From positions 21,872 to 85,871 of the forward strand of contig JBOEGR010000027.1 of NCBI GenBank assembly GCA_050633525.1: DNA of 64,000 nucleotides, given 5' to 3'. The DNA is from Cellvibrionaceae bacterium (lineage in GTDB: Bacteria; Pseudomonadota; Gammaproteobacteria; Pseudomonadales; Cellvibrionaceae). The translations under genes and the position numbers were made by a program. Under the pieces are notes generated by a model that worked only from the letters and a program-made list of their open reading frames with translations, had not been told where the DNA came from and searched no databases. Each line of letters begins with the position of its first letter. Position 1 is the first letter of the stretch. Positions 1-9,316 of the stretch are shown here, one piece after another.

Positions 1-446
1 TCAGATACATCCTTATTACTATCTACAGAGCTTACATTTACGTTTGGGGCGCTTATATTTTTGTCGTTTAGCTCTTTGTAAAGCGAATCAATTTCAGGTT
101 GTGATTTAGTCGATAGTGCTTGCTTATAAAGTAAAATGGCTTCTTCTTTTTCTTGAGAAGAAGGTGGCTTATCGATTGGCTTGGATTCATTAAGCAAGAC
201 TGGTTGCTTTAGCGCTATGCCCTGTTTGTTGCCCATCAATTGAGTTACCTTATCTGAATGCAGTATTAAAAAATAAATACCGACACACAATAACAAGACA
301 ATGCAGAAAATAAGAATCAGCCTCGTATTAGATTTAGGTTTATCATTATCCAAAAATGCAGGTGAACTCATTACCATTGCTGTTGGGGCATCGATTGATC
401 GACGCTCTTTATCAGACTTTTTTAGGGAATCAAGAATATATGACAT
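1..446 (-). CDS. gspB: GspB/ExeB-like general secretion pathway protein, N-terminal 148 codons (runs off the window edge)
   Basis: Not in the ORF track because it is open at the edge. Manual translation from the ATG at 446 gives MSYILDSLKKSDKERRSIDAP..., then one TM segment (LILIFCIVLLLCVGIYFLIL), with no stop down to position 1. The MSYILDxLKK N-terminus and the position 13 nt downstream of gspA are typical of GspB. Confidence 0.6.
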   Translation of the reverse strand, partial: MSYILDSLKKSDKERRSIDAPTAMVMSSPAFLDNDKPKSNTRLILIFCIVLLLCVGIYFLILHSDKVTQLMGNKQGIALKQPVLLNESKPIDKPPSSQEKEEAILLYKQALSTKSQPEIDSLYKELNDKNISAPNVNVSSVDSNKDVS

Positions 447-459
447 GAGGCTATGCTTC

Positions 460-2271
460 CTAATTCACTGTCGGCTTAGTTTGAAAGGTACTGGCAGCCT
501 GATCATTCAATGCATCTAAGGTAATCGCAATACCTAACTTTTCATTTAATTTTAACAAGGTTTCCACGCCGGCAATACCGTCTTCGTTTAAATCATTTTC
601 TCGCTGAAATAACATGATGCGCTTCTTTAATAAACTGTTAAATTCGCCTTTAGCCAATACTTGGTCTCGCTCATCGATAGTAGCGAAGGCATTCGCCAAC
701 CAATCGACTAAACTAGCCGTTGAATCGAAAAAAATATAATTAACAAAGTTGCTAGGCGGCTGCCATAAGTAGATAAATTCATTTGTCCACTCATCGGATA
801 ATTCAGACAAGCGTAGGCGCCGTTTCCCTTTTGGCGTTAATACATCAGCATGTACTGCGCCGATTCCTAATACTGGAAGATAATATGTTTCTCCCACAAT
901 GTTAGCCAAAGTAATGATAGCCGGACGATTATATTGTTGTAGTGTTTGCCAACTCTTTGCTGTTGCTTGGCGACATTGCCAACCAACTGTTTCCAAGCTC
1001 TTACAATCGGCATCAATCAATGCGGAGTCTTTTATCACATTTTTAATTAGAGATTTTAATGCTGTTTTATCATTAACATAGTAAGCAATAGCCTTATTAC
1101 TCACAACGGGAGTAGGTTCTGCACTTTGCTGTGCCAAGGCAGAAAGTGCTTCAGACTGGTTCACAGTACTGTTTTGGCTAAAAGTATCCCCCTGCTCTCT
1201 AGTGACGTCGTCGTCTGTATTTTCCTGCTTAAGCTTTTCCGACACAGGGTCTTCCCCAGAAGCAACCGTATCTCTTATAACAGGCTTAAGTGCGGTAGTG
1301 TGTGAATTAATATCGTTCGACTCGGCTAAATCAACATCAGTAAGAGGCTTATAAAAAAAGAAAAAACCTAAAAATAATGCTAACGCGATAGATGCTAGCG
1401 CACCGAAACCGGCAAGCCACAGCCAAGCTTTTTTATTTTTAAGCTGTTGCTCTCCTTTCACTTCAACAATAGCTTTATTTAGAATATTAAAATCAACAAC
1501 CGCACGACTTTGTGAATAAGTACCTAGCAATGCACGATCACAGAGAACATTGATTAAACGGGGTACACCATTAGTTAAACTATAAATTTTTCTAACAATG
1601 GATTTAGGGAATATTTTCTTCTCGCTCATATAACCCGCCATACGCAAACGATAATCAATATAAGCGTTTGTCTCTTCATGGCTGAGTGGCTTTATATGGT
1701 AACGAGCCGTAATACGTTGTGATAACTGCGTTAATTCTGGTTTAGCTAAATTGTCGTTTAACTCAGGCTGGCCCACCAACACAATTTTAAGTAACTTTTG
1801 ACGATCCGTTTCTAAATTAGTTAGTAAACGGATCAACTCTAGCACCTTAAAATGAAGGTGCTGCGCCTCATCAATGAGCAATACTGTTTGCTTACCAATG
1901 GCATGATTATCTAAGAGATAGGTATAGATAGAATTGGTTAGTTGTCGCAAGCTCGCATTTTCTTTTTGCTCACCGATGTTTAATTCCTGACAAATGGTCA
2001 TTAACAACTCGCGACCACTCAAAAATGGATTGAGTATAAAAGCAACCTCCGTATCATCTGGCAGATTATCGAGAAAACTGCGACAAACGGTTGTCTTGCC
2101 CGTTCCTACATCTCCCGTTAGGAGAATAAAACCTGCATCGCTCTCAACACTATGATAAAGATGTGCCAAAGCCTCCTGATGCCTATCTGTCATAAACAAA
2201 TAATCAGGATTAGGGGCAATTGAAAATGGCGCTTCGCTTAGACCGAAATAGTCGTAATACATGTTACTCAA
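460..2271 (-). CDS. gspA: ExeA/GspA-type AAA ATPase with C-terminal peptidoglycan-binding domain
   Basis: N-terminus YYDYFGLSEAPFSIAPNPDYLF; Walker A GDVGTGKT; DEAQ Walker B; central TM segment; C-terminal PG-binding-like LNEDGIAGVETLLKL. Confidence 0.85.
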   Translation of the reverse strand: MSNMYYDYFGLSEAPFSIAPNPDYLFMTDRHQEALAHLYHSVESDAGFILLTGDVGTGKTTVCRSFLDNLPDDTEVAFILNPFLSGRELLMTICQELNIGEQKENASLRQLTNSIYTYLLDNHAIGKQTVLLIDEAQHLHFKVLELIRLLTNLETDRQKLLKIVLVGQPELNDNLAKPELTQLSQRITARYHIKPLSHEETNAYIDYRLRMAGYMSEKKIFPKSIVRKIYSLTNGVPRLINVLCDRALLGTYSQSRAVVDFNILNKAIVEVKGEQQLKNKKAWLWLAGFGALASIALALFLGFFFFYKPLTDVDLAESNDINSHTTALKPVIRDTVASGEDPVSEKLKQENTDDDVTREQGDTFSQNSTVNQSEALSALAQQSAEPTPVVSNKAIAYYVNDKTALKSLIKNVIKDSALIDADCKSLETVGWQCRQATAKSWQTLQQYNRPAIITLANIVGETYYLPVLGIGAVHADVLTPKGKRRLRLSELSDEWTNEFIYLWQPPSNFVNYIFFDSTASLVDWLANAFATIDERDQVLAKGEFNSLLKKRIMLFQRENDLNEDGIAGVETLLKLNEKLGIAITLDALNDQAASTFQTKPTVN

Positions 2272-2300
2272 TTTTTTATTTTCAACGATGTGTTATATAT

Positions 2301-3161
2301 TTAATCAAATTGCTTAATGAGGGCTGAGGTATCTTCGCGATTATACCCTCTAGCTTGCAGCTCTTTATAGCGATCCGCAACATATTGGGTATTAGGTAAT
2401 TCTAGCCCTAAACCTTTTGCCGCATCTAAACAAAACCCAAGGTCTTTACACATCCAGTCGACGGCAAAACCGTAATCAAAAATACCTTTATCAATATTAA
2501 GTCCACGGTTGGATAATTGCCAGCTGCCAGCAGCACCTTGAGCAATGGCATCAATCACTTTAGGCAAGTCAAGGTTGGCTTTACGCGCTAGTGTAAACCC
2601 TTCGGAAATCCCTTGCAAAACACCACCGATCAGAATTTGGTTCACCATTTTTGTCATCTGCCCTGCTCCGACATCACCCATACGGGTAATAGTCTTAGCA
2701 TAAGGCTCAATAGCAGGCTTTACAGTAGCTAGAGATGCCTCATCTGCTCCCATCATAACAGCTAATACACCCCCTTCAGCACCCGCTTGCCCGCCTGAAA
2801 CTGGAGCATCCATAAAACCAACACCCTGCTCATCACACGCTTCTTGAAGCTCGAGGGCGAGTTCATAAGAGGTTGTCGTATGATCAACGACAAATGCACC
2901 GGCTTGCAGGCCCGCCAAGATTCCATCATCGCCATAGATAACGCTGCGCACATCATTATCATTACCGACACACACCATAACCACATCCGCATTTTGGCTT
3001 GCTTCTCGTGGTGTTTCAGCAAAGCGGCCGCCGTATTCATCAGCCCACTTTTGTGCCTTAGAAACAGTACGGTTAAAGACACACACATTATTGCCCGCTT
3101 GTTGTTGAAAGCCTGCCATGGGATACCCCATTACACCCAAACCAATAAATGCAATATTCAT
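2301..3161 (-). CDS. NAD(P)-dependent beta-hydroxyacid (3-hydroxyisobutyrate/6-phosphogluconate-type) dehydrogenase
   Basis: N-terminal Rossmann motif IAFIGLGVMGYPMA, family-typical DAPVSGG motif, 286 aa. Confidence 0.85.
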   Translation of the reverse strand: MNIAFIGLGVMGYPMAGFQQQAGNNVCVFNRTVSKAQKWADEYGGRFAETPREASQNADVVMVCVGNDNDVRSVIYGDDGILAGLQAGAFVVDHTTTSYELALELQEACDEQGVGFMDAPVSGGQAGAEGGVLAVMMGADEASLATVKPAIEPYAKTITRMGDVGAGQMTKMVNQILIGGVLQGISEGFTLARKANLDLPKVIDAIAQGAAGSWQLSNRGLNIDKGIFDYGFAVDWMCKDLGFCLDAAKGLGLELPNTQYVADRYKELQARGYNREDTSALIKQFD

Positions 3162-3189
3162 CTTTTCTCCTCATGCCTTTTCTTATGAT

Positions 3190-4032
3190 TTAATAGACGG
3201 TAATGCCCAATTGCATTAACTCTCTTGATAACTCGTGATCAAGATCGGCTAAGCCCTTTGGATCTATTTCGATCGAACGTATATTGTGCCGCTTGTAGAC
3301 TTCTCTTTTACTTAACTGCACGGCCAAAGCATCCGCAGGTAAGGACTCGGGCCAATAATCAATACACAACTGCCTACGAGGCAAATAAAAGTCAGGCTTT
3401 AACACAATTCCTTTTGGCAAGAGCAACTCTCGTTGATAGCTGTAAACCAAACCGACGGCATACAGCCAACTAGCAATCACGCTGTGTGCTGTTGACATTG
3501 TTGTTAAACCATTTAAAGCCTGCAAGCGTTGATTATCTGAAAAATAAGCCACTGAATGTTGAAGAGAGAGGTTGTCTAATAGAGTACGGGGCCACATAAC
3601 ATAAGGGATTCCCGTTTCGTCATCTTGAGCCTGTACGCCACCGTGGACCTCACCGAGGGATGTCAACTGCCAACCTTTAGCAAAAATTTCTATCCAACCT
3701 AGCTCAGCTAATAGGCGATTAAAAAAGCGAGCGGGCAAATCAACACGCTTAGCGAGTGATGAAATAGTAACCACCCCATCGTTCATCTCACGAATCATCG
3801 GGTGTTCGATAACGGAGGCCGGCCAAACAATATATTGCCCGAACTTTTTACTTTCACGGTACTTTCCGCCTTCAAATTCACCTTTGGCGGTCAAATTCCA
3901 AGACTTACCCTCTTGCGTAATCCAGCCTGACTCGATCATTAGTTGAGTAAGCTCTTTTAAGGTAATACCAAGCTTTTCCGCCAGAGCTGAACGAGATAGA
4001 TAGTCATCTTTATTTTGTGTTGAACTTGTCAT
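3190..4032 (-). CDS. Hypothetical protein: two tandem ~65-aa repeats plus a C-terminal PD-(D/E)xK-like motif region
   Basis: Internal duplication (GWIxxxxxxWxLTxxGExxGG...Y[IV][VM]WP occurs twice). The C-terminus has KPDFYLP...CIDYW, resembling a restriction-endonuclease-fold core. I recognise no named family. Confidence 0.5.
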   Translation of the reverse strand: MTSSTQNKDDYLSRSALAEKLGITLKELTQLMIESGWITQEGKSWNLTAKGEFEGGKYRESKKFGQYIVWPASVIEHPMIREMNDGVVTISSLAKRVDLPARFFNRLLAELGWIEIFAKGWQLTSLGEVHGGVQAQDDETGIPYVMWPRTLLDNLSLQHSVAYFSDNQRLQALNGLTTMSTAHSVIASWLYAVGLVYSYQRELLLPKGIVLKPDFYLPRRQLCIDYWPESLPADALAVQLSKREVYKRHNIRSIEIDPKGLADLDHELSRELMQLGITVY

Positions 4033-4101
4033 AAGGGGATTGTAACGAACATAAGCGGTATATACAGCTAATCTTTAAGCTTACTGATCTCAGGCGACGG
4101 T

Positions 4102-4557
4102 TTATAGTAATAATACAGGCCCATTACCCTTCGAAGATAAGCTATCGTTTGGGTTTCTTAGCGGACACGAATCAATAGATAGACACCCACAGCCAATGCA
4201 GCCAGTTAAATCATTTTGCAAATGTTTCAGCAATTGAATTTTTAGCTCTAGGTCTTTTTTCCACTTTCTTGACATACTATCCCAATCTTTTTTGGTTGGT
4301 GTTCGCTCATTCGGTAAACGCTTAAAAGACTCAGCGATTTCCTGCAGGGATATACCTACTTTTTGTGCCACTTTGATCACAGCAATACGGCGTAAAACGT
4401 CTTGGTGGTAACGGCGTTGATTACCCTGATTTCTCTGACTTTTTATCAAGCCTTTTGACTCGTAGAAATGGATAGCCGAAATAGCAACCCCGCTACGTTT
4501 AGCTACCATACCAACACTCAATTCAAGTTTGGAATATGCCGCTTTAGTTTTTTTCAC
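4102..4557 (-). CDS. soxR: Redox-sensitive MerR-family transcriptional activator SoxR
   Basis: MerR HTH (LSVGMVAKRSGVAISAIHFYESKGLI) and the SoxR [2Fe-2S] cysteine cluster CIGCGCLSIDSCPLRNP. Confidence 0.95.
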   Translation of the reverse strand: MKKTKAAYSKLELSVGMVAKRSGVAISAIHFYESKGLIKSQRNQGNQRRYHQDVLRRIAVIKVAQKVGISLQEIAESFKRLPNERTPTKKDWDSMSRKWKKDLELKIQLLKHLQNDLTGCIGCGCLSIDSCPLRNPNDSLSSKGNGPVLLL

Positions 4558-4605
4558 TGCTTAACCCATCAATAAATGCCAAAAACAGTGTATATAAAAA
4601 TACAC

Positions 4606-4636
4606 TTTACCTCAAGTTAACTTGAGGTTTTATAAT
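4606..4636 (+). promoter_or_regulatory. SoxR-dependent promoter: -35 TTTACC, 20-bp palindromic sox box, -10 TATAAT, 19-bp spacer
   Basis: acCTCAAGTTAACTTGAGgt at 4609-4628 is a perfect palindrome matching the sox-box core CCTCAAGTTAACTTGAGG. The -35 is at 4606-4611 and the -10 at 4631-4636. The overlong 19-bp spacer is the MerR-family hallmark. Confidence 0.85.
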
Positions 4637-4675
4637 ATCAACTCTTTTTAGTAAAGTGGATATCAAGGTGAATTT

Positions 4676-5200
4676 ATGAGCAGTATCATTACACTATTCT
4701 CAAGTGCAAGACGGCACGGGAATACTGGGAAACTAATTGATAACATCGCGCAAAACATCGATATGGAAGTAATCGACTTAGATAAAGCCAATATTGCACC
4801 ATTCGATTATGACAATAAAAATAAAGATGATGATTTCTTACCGCTGATAGAAAAAGTACTAAACCACGATCATATTATTTTTGCCTCCCCTGTTTATTGG
4901 TATTCTGTCAGCCCTGGGATGAAAATATTTTTAGATCGCATCTCTGACTTACTTATATTTCCAGAACTACTGGATACCGGTCGAAAACTAAGAGGAAAGC
5001 AAGCATCAATTGTTTCGACTCACTATAAACTTTCCCCTACATTTAATAATATGCTGCTGGAGACATTTGGCTATCTAGGCATGCACTATTTTGATGCTCT
5101 TCACATCAACTGCCAAAATGGGTGGGATTATGAAAAAAATAAAACCGATATTGCCTCTTTCTCAAACAAGTTACATCGACTCTACAATTCAAAAATATAA
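4676..5200 (+). CDS. Flavodoxin-like fold NAD(P)H-dependent FMN reductase family protein (likely SoxR target)
   Basis: N-terminal LFSSARRHGNTGKL and SPVYWYSVSPGMK motifs typical of NADPH-dependent FMN reductase/flavodoxin-like proteins. It lies directly downstream of the sox box. Confidence 0.7.
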   Translation: MSSIITLFSSARRHGNTGKLIDNIAQNIDMEVIDLDKANIAPFDYDNKNKDDDFLPLIEKVLNHDHIIFASPVYWYSVSPGMKIFLDRISDLLIFPELLDTGRKLRGKQASIVSTHYKLSPTFNNMLLETFGYLGMHYFDALHINCQNGWDYEKNKTDIASFSNKLHRLYNSKI

Positions 5201-5271
5201 AGGGGATAAGCATTACTAAATAAAGTACCCCCAAACAAGCACCACTAGACAAGCGCTACTAAATCAGCGTG

Positions 5272-5769
5272 TTATATACGACCTGATTTAAGCGCTTGCC
5301 TAATGCTATATTTGGCCACCTGTTTATGGAAGGGCTGAATAAATAGCATATACAAACGACCTGATGTCGTTTTGAGGTTAACCAAAGTGGATACAGCAAA
5401 CTCTTGCTCAGACAATTTGAGTACAGACAGCCACATATCCATATTTGACTCATAGGCAGCGCAAACAATCTCTGTCTCAGAGACAGACTCTATAATTAAA
5501 AAACCGGCTTTTTTGCCTTCGGCAATGTCCGCTAAGGGCAAACTCATCTCTGTCTCACTTGCAGAAAAGCCAAAATATTTAACAATAGCGTTTCTTAGTT
5601 TCATTGCCCATTGAATGGGGGCGGGCAAAAAACCAAAAATGCTGTGATAGACCTGTTTCGCTTCCAGTCCACAGCACCTCGTTTTAAATTTAAAAGAATC
5701 ACGATAATAAGAATGTTTTTCTTTACCATTGATTTGCGTTGCATCAGGAAATGTTATTTCATATATCAA
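5272..5769 (-). CDS. DUF2867-like protein
   Basis: 165 aa. The C-terminal GRLYMLFIQPFHKQV resembles the conserved DUF2867 signature (GRxY..I.PFH). Confidence 0.6.
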   Translation of the reverse strand: MIYEITFPDATQINGKEKHSYYRDSFKFKTRCCGLEAKQVYHSIFGFLPAPIQWAMKLRNAIVKYFGFSASETEMSLPLADIAEGKKAGFLIIESVSETEIVCAAYESNMDMWLSVLKLSEQEFAVSTLVNLKTTSGRLYMLFIQPFHKQVAKYSIRQALKSGRI

Positions 5770-5802
5770 TATAGATACTCTCTTTAATGTTGAATAAATA
5801 AT

Positions 5803-6939
5803 TTATCGCCAATCATAAATCTGCTGTACTTGTCGAGCACTCATAAAATGGGATAAGTGGCGTGAAAGAGCATTGCGAGCAAAGCATAAATAAGGGTTCG
5901 ACATATTAGTCAAGCGTCCAATCTGCCAAGACAACTTGGTAATTTTGTTTACTCTAACGTTGCGTTCGGCATAAAAATGTTCAAATGCTGTCGACAACGA
6001 AGGATAGTTCGCTATGTTCTCAGCCAGAGCATATGAATCTTCTATCGCCTGCGCTCCTCCTTGGCCCAAATTTGGCGTCGCTGCATGTGCGGCATCTCCA
6101 AGTAAAGTAATTGCATTTTGAGACCACCGTTTTAACGGAGCTAAATCATAAAGAGAATTTATAATCAATGAATGCTTCGCCGTATTACAAATAATCTCGT
6201 TGACAATTGGGGCATAGTGCTTAAACATCTCAAGCAGCTGAGGAAGACCAATATGGCCTGAATGACGATCTAATTTAGTATATTGCGTTGCGTACCAATA
6301 TACTTGGCTAGAATTAATCTGAGTAAAACCAAAACGAGTGCCATTGCCCCACACTTCAGTAAATTGACAAGACCATTGCTTAGGAAGTGTCATATCAGCA
6401 ATACCTCGCCAACATAATTGACCCGAGTAACGCAATACACTCTCAGGAAAGATTGTTTTACGCACTGCTGACCTCAAGCCATCGGCGCCAACAAGAAAAT
6501 CGCCATGAATAGTCGAGCCATTCTTAAACGAAGCCTCGACGCCAGTGCTGCTCTCTTTTACCTCTTGCAACACGTGACCTAAATTGACTACATCATTCCC
6601 TAAAGCCGTTAACAAAATATGTTGTAATGCATGACGGTGAATGGCGATGGTCGAGTATTGTTTACCCTGAATAGTATAATCAGCATTCATGCTGTTTATG
6701 GGAGCACCTTTTATATCCGATACAAGTAGGCGCTCAAGAGCATAGCCTTCACGGCTGACCTTGTCCGCGAGCTTATATTGATCCAACACAGCCATGGCAT
6801 TAGGTGGTACCAGTATGCCAGCACCTATTGGCGAAAGCGTTTGAGCCGCTTCAAACACATCTACCGAAACCCCTTTTGCTTTCAAGGCGATGGCTGTGGA
6901 TAAACCGCCCATACCCGCACCCACTATTATTCCTCTCAT
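5803..6939 (-). CDS. FAD-dependent monooxygenase (salicylate hydroxylase/UbiH-like)
   Basis: GxGxxG dinucleotide motif IIVGAGMGGLSTA; DG motif LVGADGLRSAVR; C-terminal GDAAHAATPNLGQGGAQAIED. Confidence 0.85.
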   Translation of the reverse strand: MRGIIVGAGMGGLSTAIALKAKGVSVDVFEAAQTLSPIGAGILVPPNAMAVLDQYKLADKVSREGYALERLLVSDIKGAPINSMNADYTIQGKQYSTIAIHRHALQHILLTALGNDVVNLGHVLQEVKESSTGVEASFKNGSTIHGDFLVGADGLRSAVRKTIFPESVLRYSGQLCWRGIADMTLPKQWSCQFTEVWGNGTRFGFTQINSSQVYWYATQYTKLDRHSGHIGLPQLLEMFKHYAPIVNEIICNTAKHSLIINSLYDLAPLKRWSQNAITLLGDAAHAATPNLGQGGAQAIEDSYALAENIANYPSLSTAFEHFYAERNVRVNKITKLSWQIGRLTNMSNPYLCFARNALSRHLSHFMSARQVQQIYDWR

Positions 6940-6959
6940 CTAAACCACTACACTCAAAA

Positions 6960-7217
6960 TCATAAAAATAGCTTGTATTGAAACACAACAATGACGCCAC
7001 AACAAAGAATATACAAATACAATCTGAGCGTCTCCCAAAAATCACCCGTAAACTCACCTCGTATAGCGGACAACCAACCCGGTTGAAATAAATATCGTAA
7101 ACCTTCCGTAAAATCTGCCCATGTTTTATAAAATGATTTACCCAAAAAATAATATATAGGTATATTAATAAAGATTAAAAGAAACAATAAAGTGGGATTT
7201 TCGGAAAAATCAGGCAT
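6960..7217 (-). CDS. Small hypothetical membrane protein
   Basis: 85 aa with two hydrophobic segments, on the same strand just upstream of the monooxygenase. No recognisable motif. Confidence 0.4.
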   Translation of the reverse strand: MPDFSENPTLLFLLIFINIPIYYFLGKSFYKTWADFTEGLRYLFQPGWLSAIRGEFTGDFWETLRLYLYILCCGVIVVFQYKLFL

Positions 7218-7299
7218 TCAGCCCTCCTATTGAATCAAAAAAAATAGGCAGTTACCGATCGAAACAGTATAGAGGTTAAGATGTGAAATAATTGTCAAG

Positions 7300-7677
7300 C
7301 TATCGCATTCCTACAAAGATAGCTAACGATATTATTAAAAATACCAACCACGAAAAGTGTCGCCCTTTAGAAAACAAGAAAGAAACAACAAAATGAATTG
7401 AAAATATAACACCAATAATCCCGGCAACGGTTTCTATACTGAATCGATCACTAGCAAGCGAAACCAATATAAAAGCAAAGCCAAACCAAGTAACGGTGGT
7501 TAGATGCCACGCAAATCGAAGAGTATTCTGAGTAAACTCTGTGCCCCCAAATAATATAGGCAAGTCATTACGACGAAATAAGCGGATAAGAATATAACGT
7601 TCTCCCAAATAAGAGTGAGCAACACCAATTAAAAAAAGTAATATTGCTGCTATATAGTACATCGTCCCTCCAAGCAT
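7300..7677 (-). CDS. Hypothetical integral membrane protein
   Basis: 125 aa with about 4 hydrophobic helices. The start may be the internal MYYIAAILL. Confidence 0.5.
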   Translation of the reverse strand: MLGGTMYYIAAILLFLIGVAHSYLGERYILIRLFRRNDLPILFGGTEFTQNTLRFAWHLTTVTWFGFAFILVSLASDRFSIETVAGIIGVIFSIHFVVSFLFSKGRHFSWLVFLIISLAIFVGMR

Positions 7678-7849
7678 CGATCAGTAATATATTATCTTAT
7701 CAGAGCTTATTATTAAAAATTGTAACAAGATGCATCAAGTTTGAGCTTAACCCACATAGGAACATTAGATTGAACTATTACAAGCTGATTACCTCTATAA
7801 CTACAGATATACGATACCGATATACAACCCCTTGATGATATAACATATT

Positions 7850-9277
7850 ATGAGCACGCTCTTTCTCTACAAAAAATACTTCATAAACACTATCATAACA
7901 GTTAGCCTTGTGCTGCTAACAATTGGGGGCTTACCTCAGGCTCTGGCGGAAAAACGAACCCCCGAAGAGATTGCAAGCACAAAAATAGAACTAGCTACAA
8001 GCAAGCATTTCCTCCAATTGATCATTGGCGATGACTTAGATGCCATCGATAATGCGCTCTCGTATATACAAAGCAAGTGGAATAGAGCGTTTATTCCTTT
8101 CGCCATAGAAACCTATAACTACACACGCTCACCTGCAGTAAGACAAGAGTTGAAAAGACTTATCATCAATGAAGCAGGCTCACAAAATTTTAGTAGTTTA
8201 AATGACTTATATCGCTGGTTATGGAATCAGGACATAGAACCTGCAGCGGATTACGCTAACTTTAAAGGTGAGTTATACCAAAGTATTGATGATCGCTTCG
8301 AAAAATATTTCCGTAATCGGCAAGACAGTGCGCGTATTAGACTAGACGAAATTCGTTGGGGGGGCGTTTTACAAGACGGCATCCCTCCTTTACGCAACCC
8401 CAAGATGCTCAAAGCAAATAAAGCAAGCTACTTAGATGACCGAGACATTATTTTTGGAATTAAAATTAATGGAGACGCTCGCGCCTACCCTAAACGTATT
8501 CTGGCATGGCACGAAATGTTTACAGATACGATTGGCGGTATTGATATTGCTGGAGTTTACTGCACTTTATGCGGGACGGTCATACCCTATCGTACATCAG
8601 TGAATGGCGTTAAGTACACACTAGGAACCAGCGGTTTTTTATATCGTTCCAATAAACTCATGTATGACAAAGCGACCCAATCACTGTGGAGTACTGAGCG
8701 TGGCGAACCTGTGCTAGGTCCTTTAGTCGACAAAGGCATCACATTACCTTATGAAAGCGTAGTTACTACAACATGGGGAGAATGGCGCAAACGCAATCCT
8801 AATACCACCGTGCTATCACTGAAAACTGGGCACCGCCGCAACTATAATGAGGGCGTCGCCTATCAAGATTATTTCGCCACCGATGAGCTGATGTTCAATA
8901 CGCCATTTGATGATCAGCGACTTGAAAATAAACAAGAAATATTAGCGTTACGATTTGCCGCATCACCCAAAGAACAATTAGCAATTGATACTGACTATCT
9001 AAAAAAGAATCCCATTTATCGAAATAATATTGGCCAACAACAATTTATCGTCTTTACAGATAAAACGGGTGCTAATAGGGTTTATGACCCAGAAACAATT
9101 CAATTCGTTTCTTATGATGGCGAAGAAAAAGCCAAGGATGACAAAGGTAACATTTGGATCGTAGGAGAAGAGGAGCTAAGCAATACCTCAGGAAAGAAAC
9201 TAGCACGCCTGCCCTACCATCGCGCTTTTTGGTTTGGTTGGCATGCCGCTTTTCCGGAAACAAAACTCATTAAATAA
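7850..9277 (+). CDS. DUF3179 domain-containing secreted protein
   Basis: Signal-anchor N-terminus. DGIPPLRNPKM ... INGDARAYPKRILAWHEMFTD matches the DUF3179 core pattern. Confidence 0.7.
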   Translation: MSTLFLYKKYFINTIITVSLVLLTIGGLPQALAEKRTPEEIASTKIELATSKHFLQLIIGDDLDAIDNALSYIQSKWNRAFIPFAIETYNYTRSPAVRQELKRLIINEAGSQNFSSLNDLYRWLWNQDIEPAADYANFKGELYQSIDDRFEKYFRNRQDSARIRLDEIRWGGVLQDGIPPLRNPKMLKANKASYLDDRDIIFGIKINGDARAYPKRILAWHEMFTDTIGGIDIAGVYCTLCGTVIPYRTSVNGVKYTLGTSGFLYRSNKLMYDKATQSLWSTERGEPVLGPLVDKGITLPYESVVTTTWGEWRKRNPNTTVLSLKTGHRRNYNEGVAYQDYFATDELMFNTPFDDQRLENKQEILALRFAASPKEQLAIDTDYLKKNPIYRNNIGQQQFIVFTDKTGANRVYDPETIQFVSYDGEEKAKDDKGNIWIVGEEELSNTSGKKLARLPYHRAFWFGWHAAFPETKLIK

Positions 9278-9316
9278 AGGCGCAGCCCTTATTTAGGAGC
9301 TGCTCATATAGACTCA

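Noticed and set aside
301-519. 72-aa plus-strand ORF at the left edge.
   Set aside because: It is antisense to the gspB-like reading frame and the gspA stop region. The minus-strand frame has the recognisable MSYILDSLKK start and a TM segment.
4587-4606. Inverted repeat agtgtat-N6-atacact next to the sox box, considered as a LexA/SOS box.
   Set aside because: It does not fit CTG-N10-CAG. It more likely belongs to the divergent soxR promoter region. It is kept only as a note in the SoxR finding.
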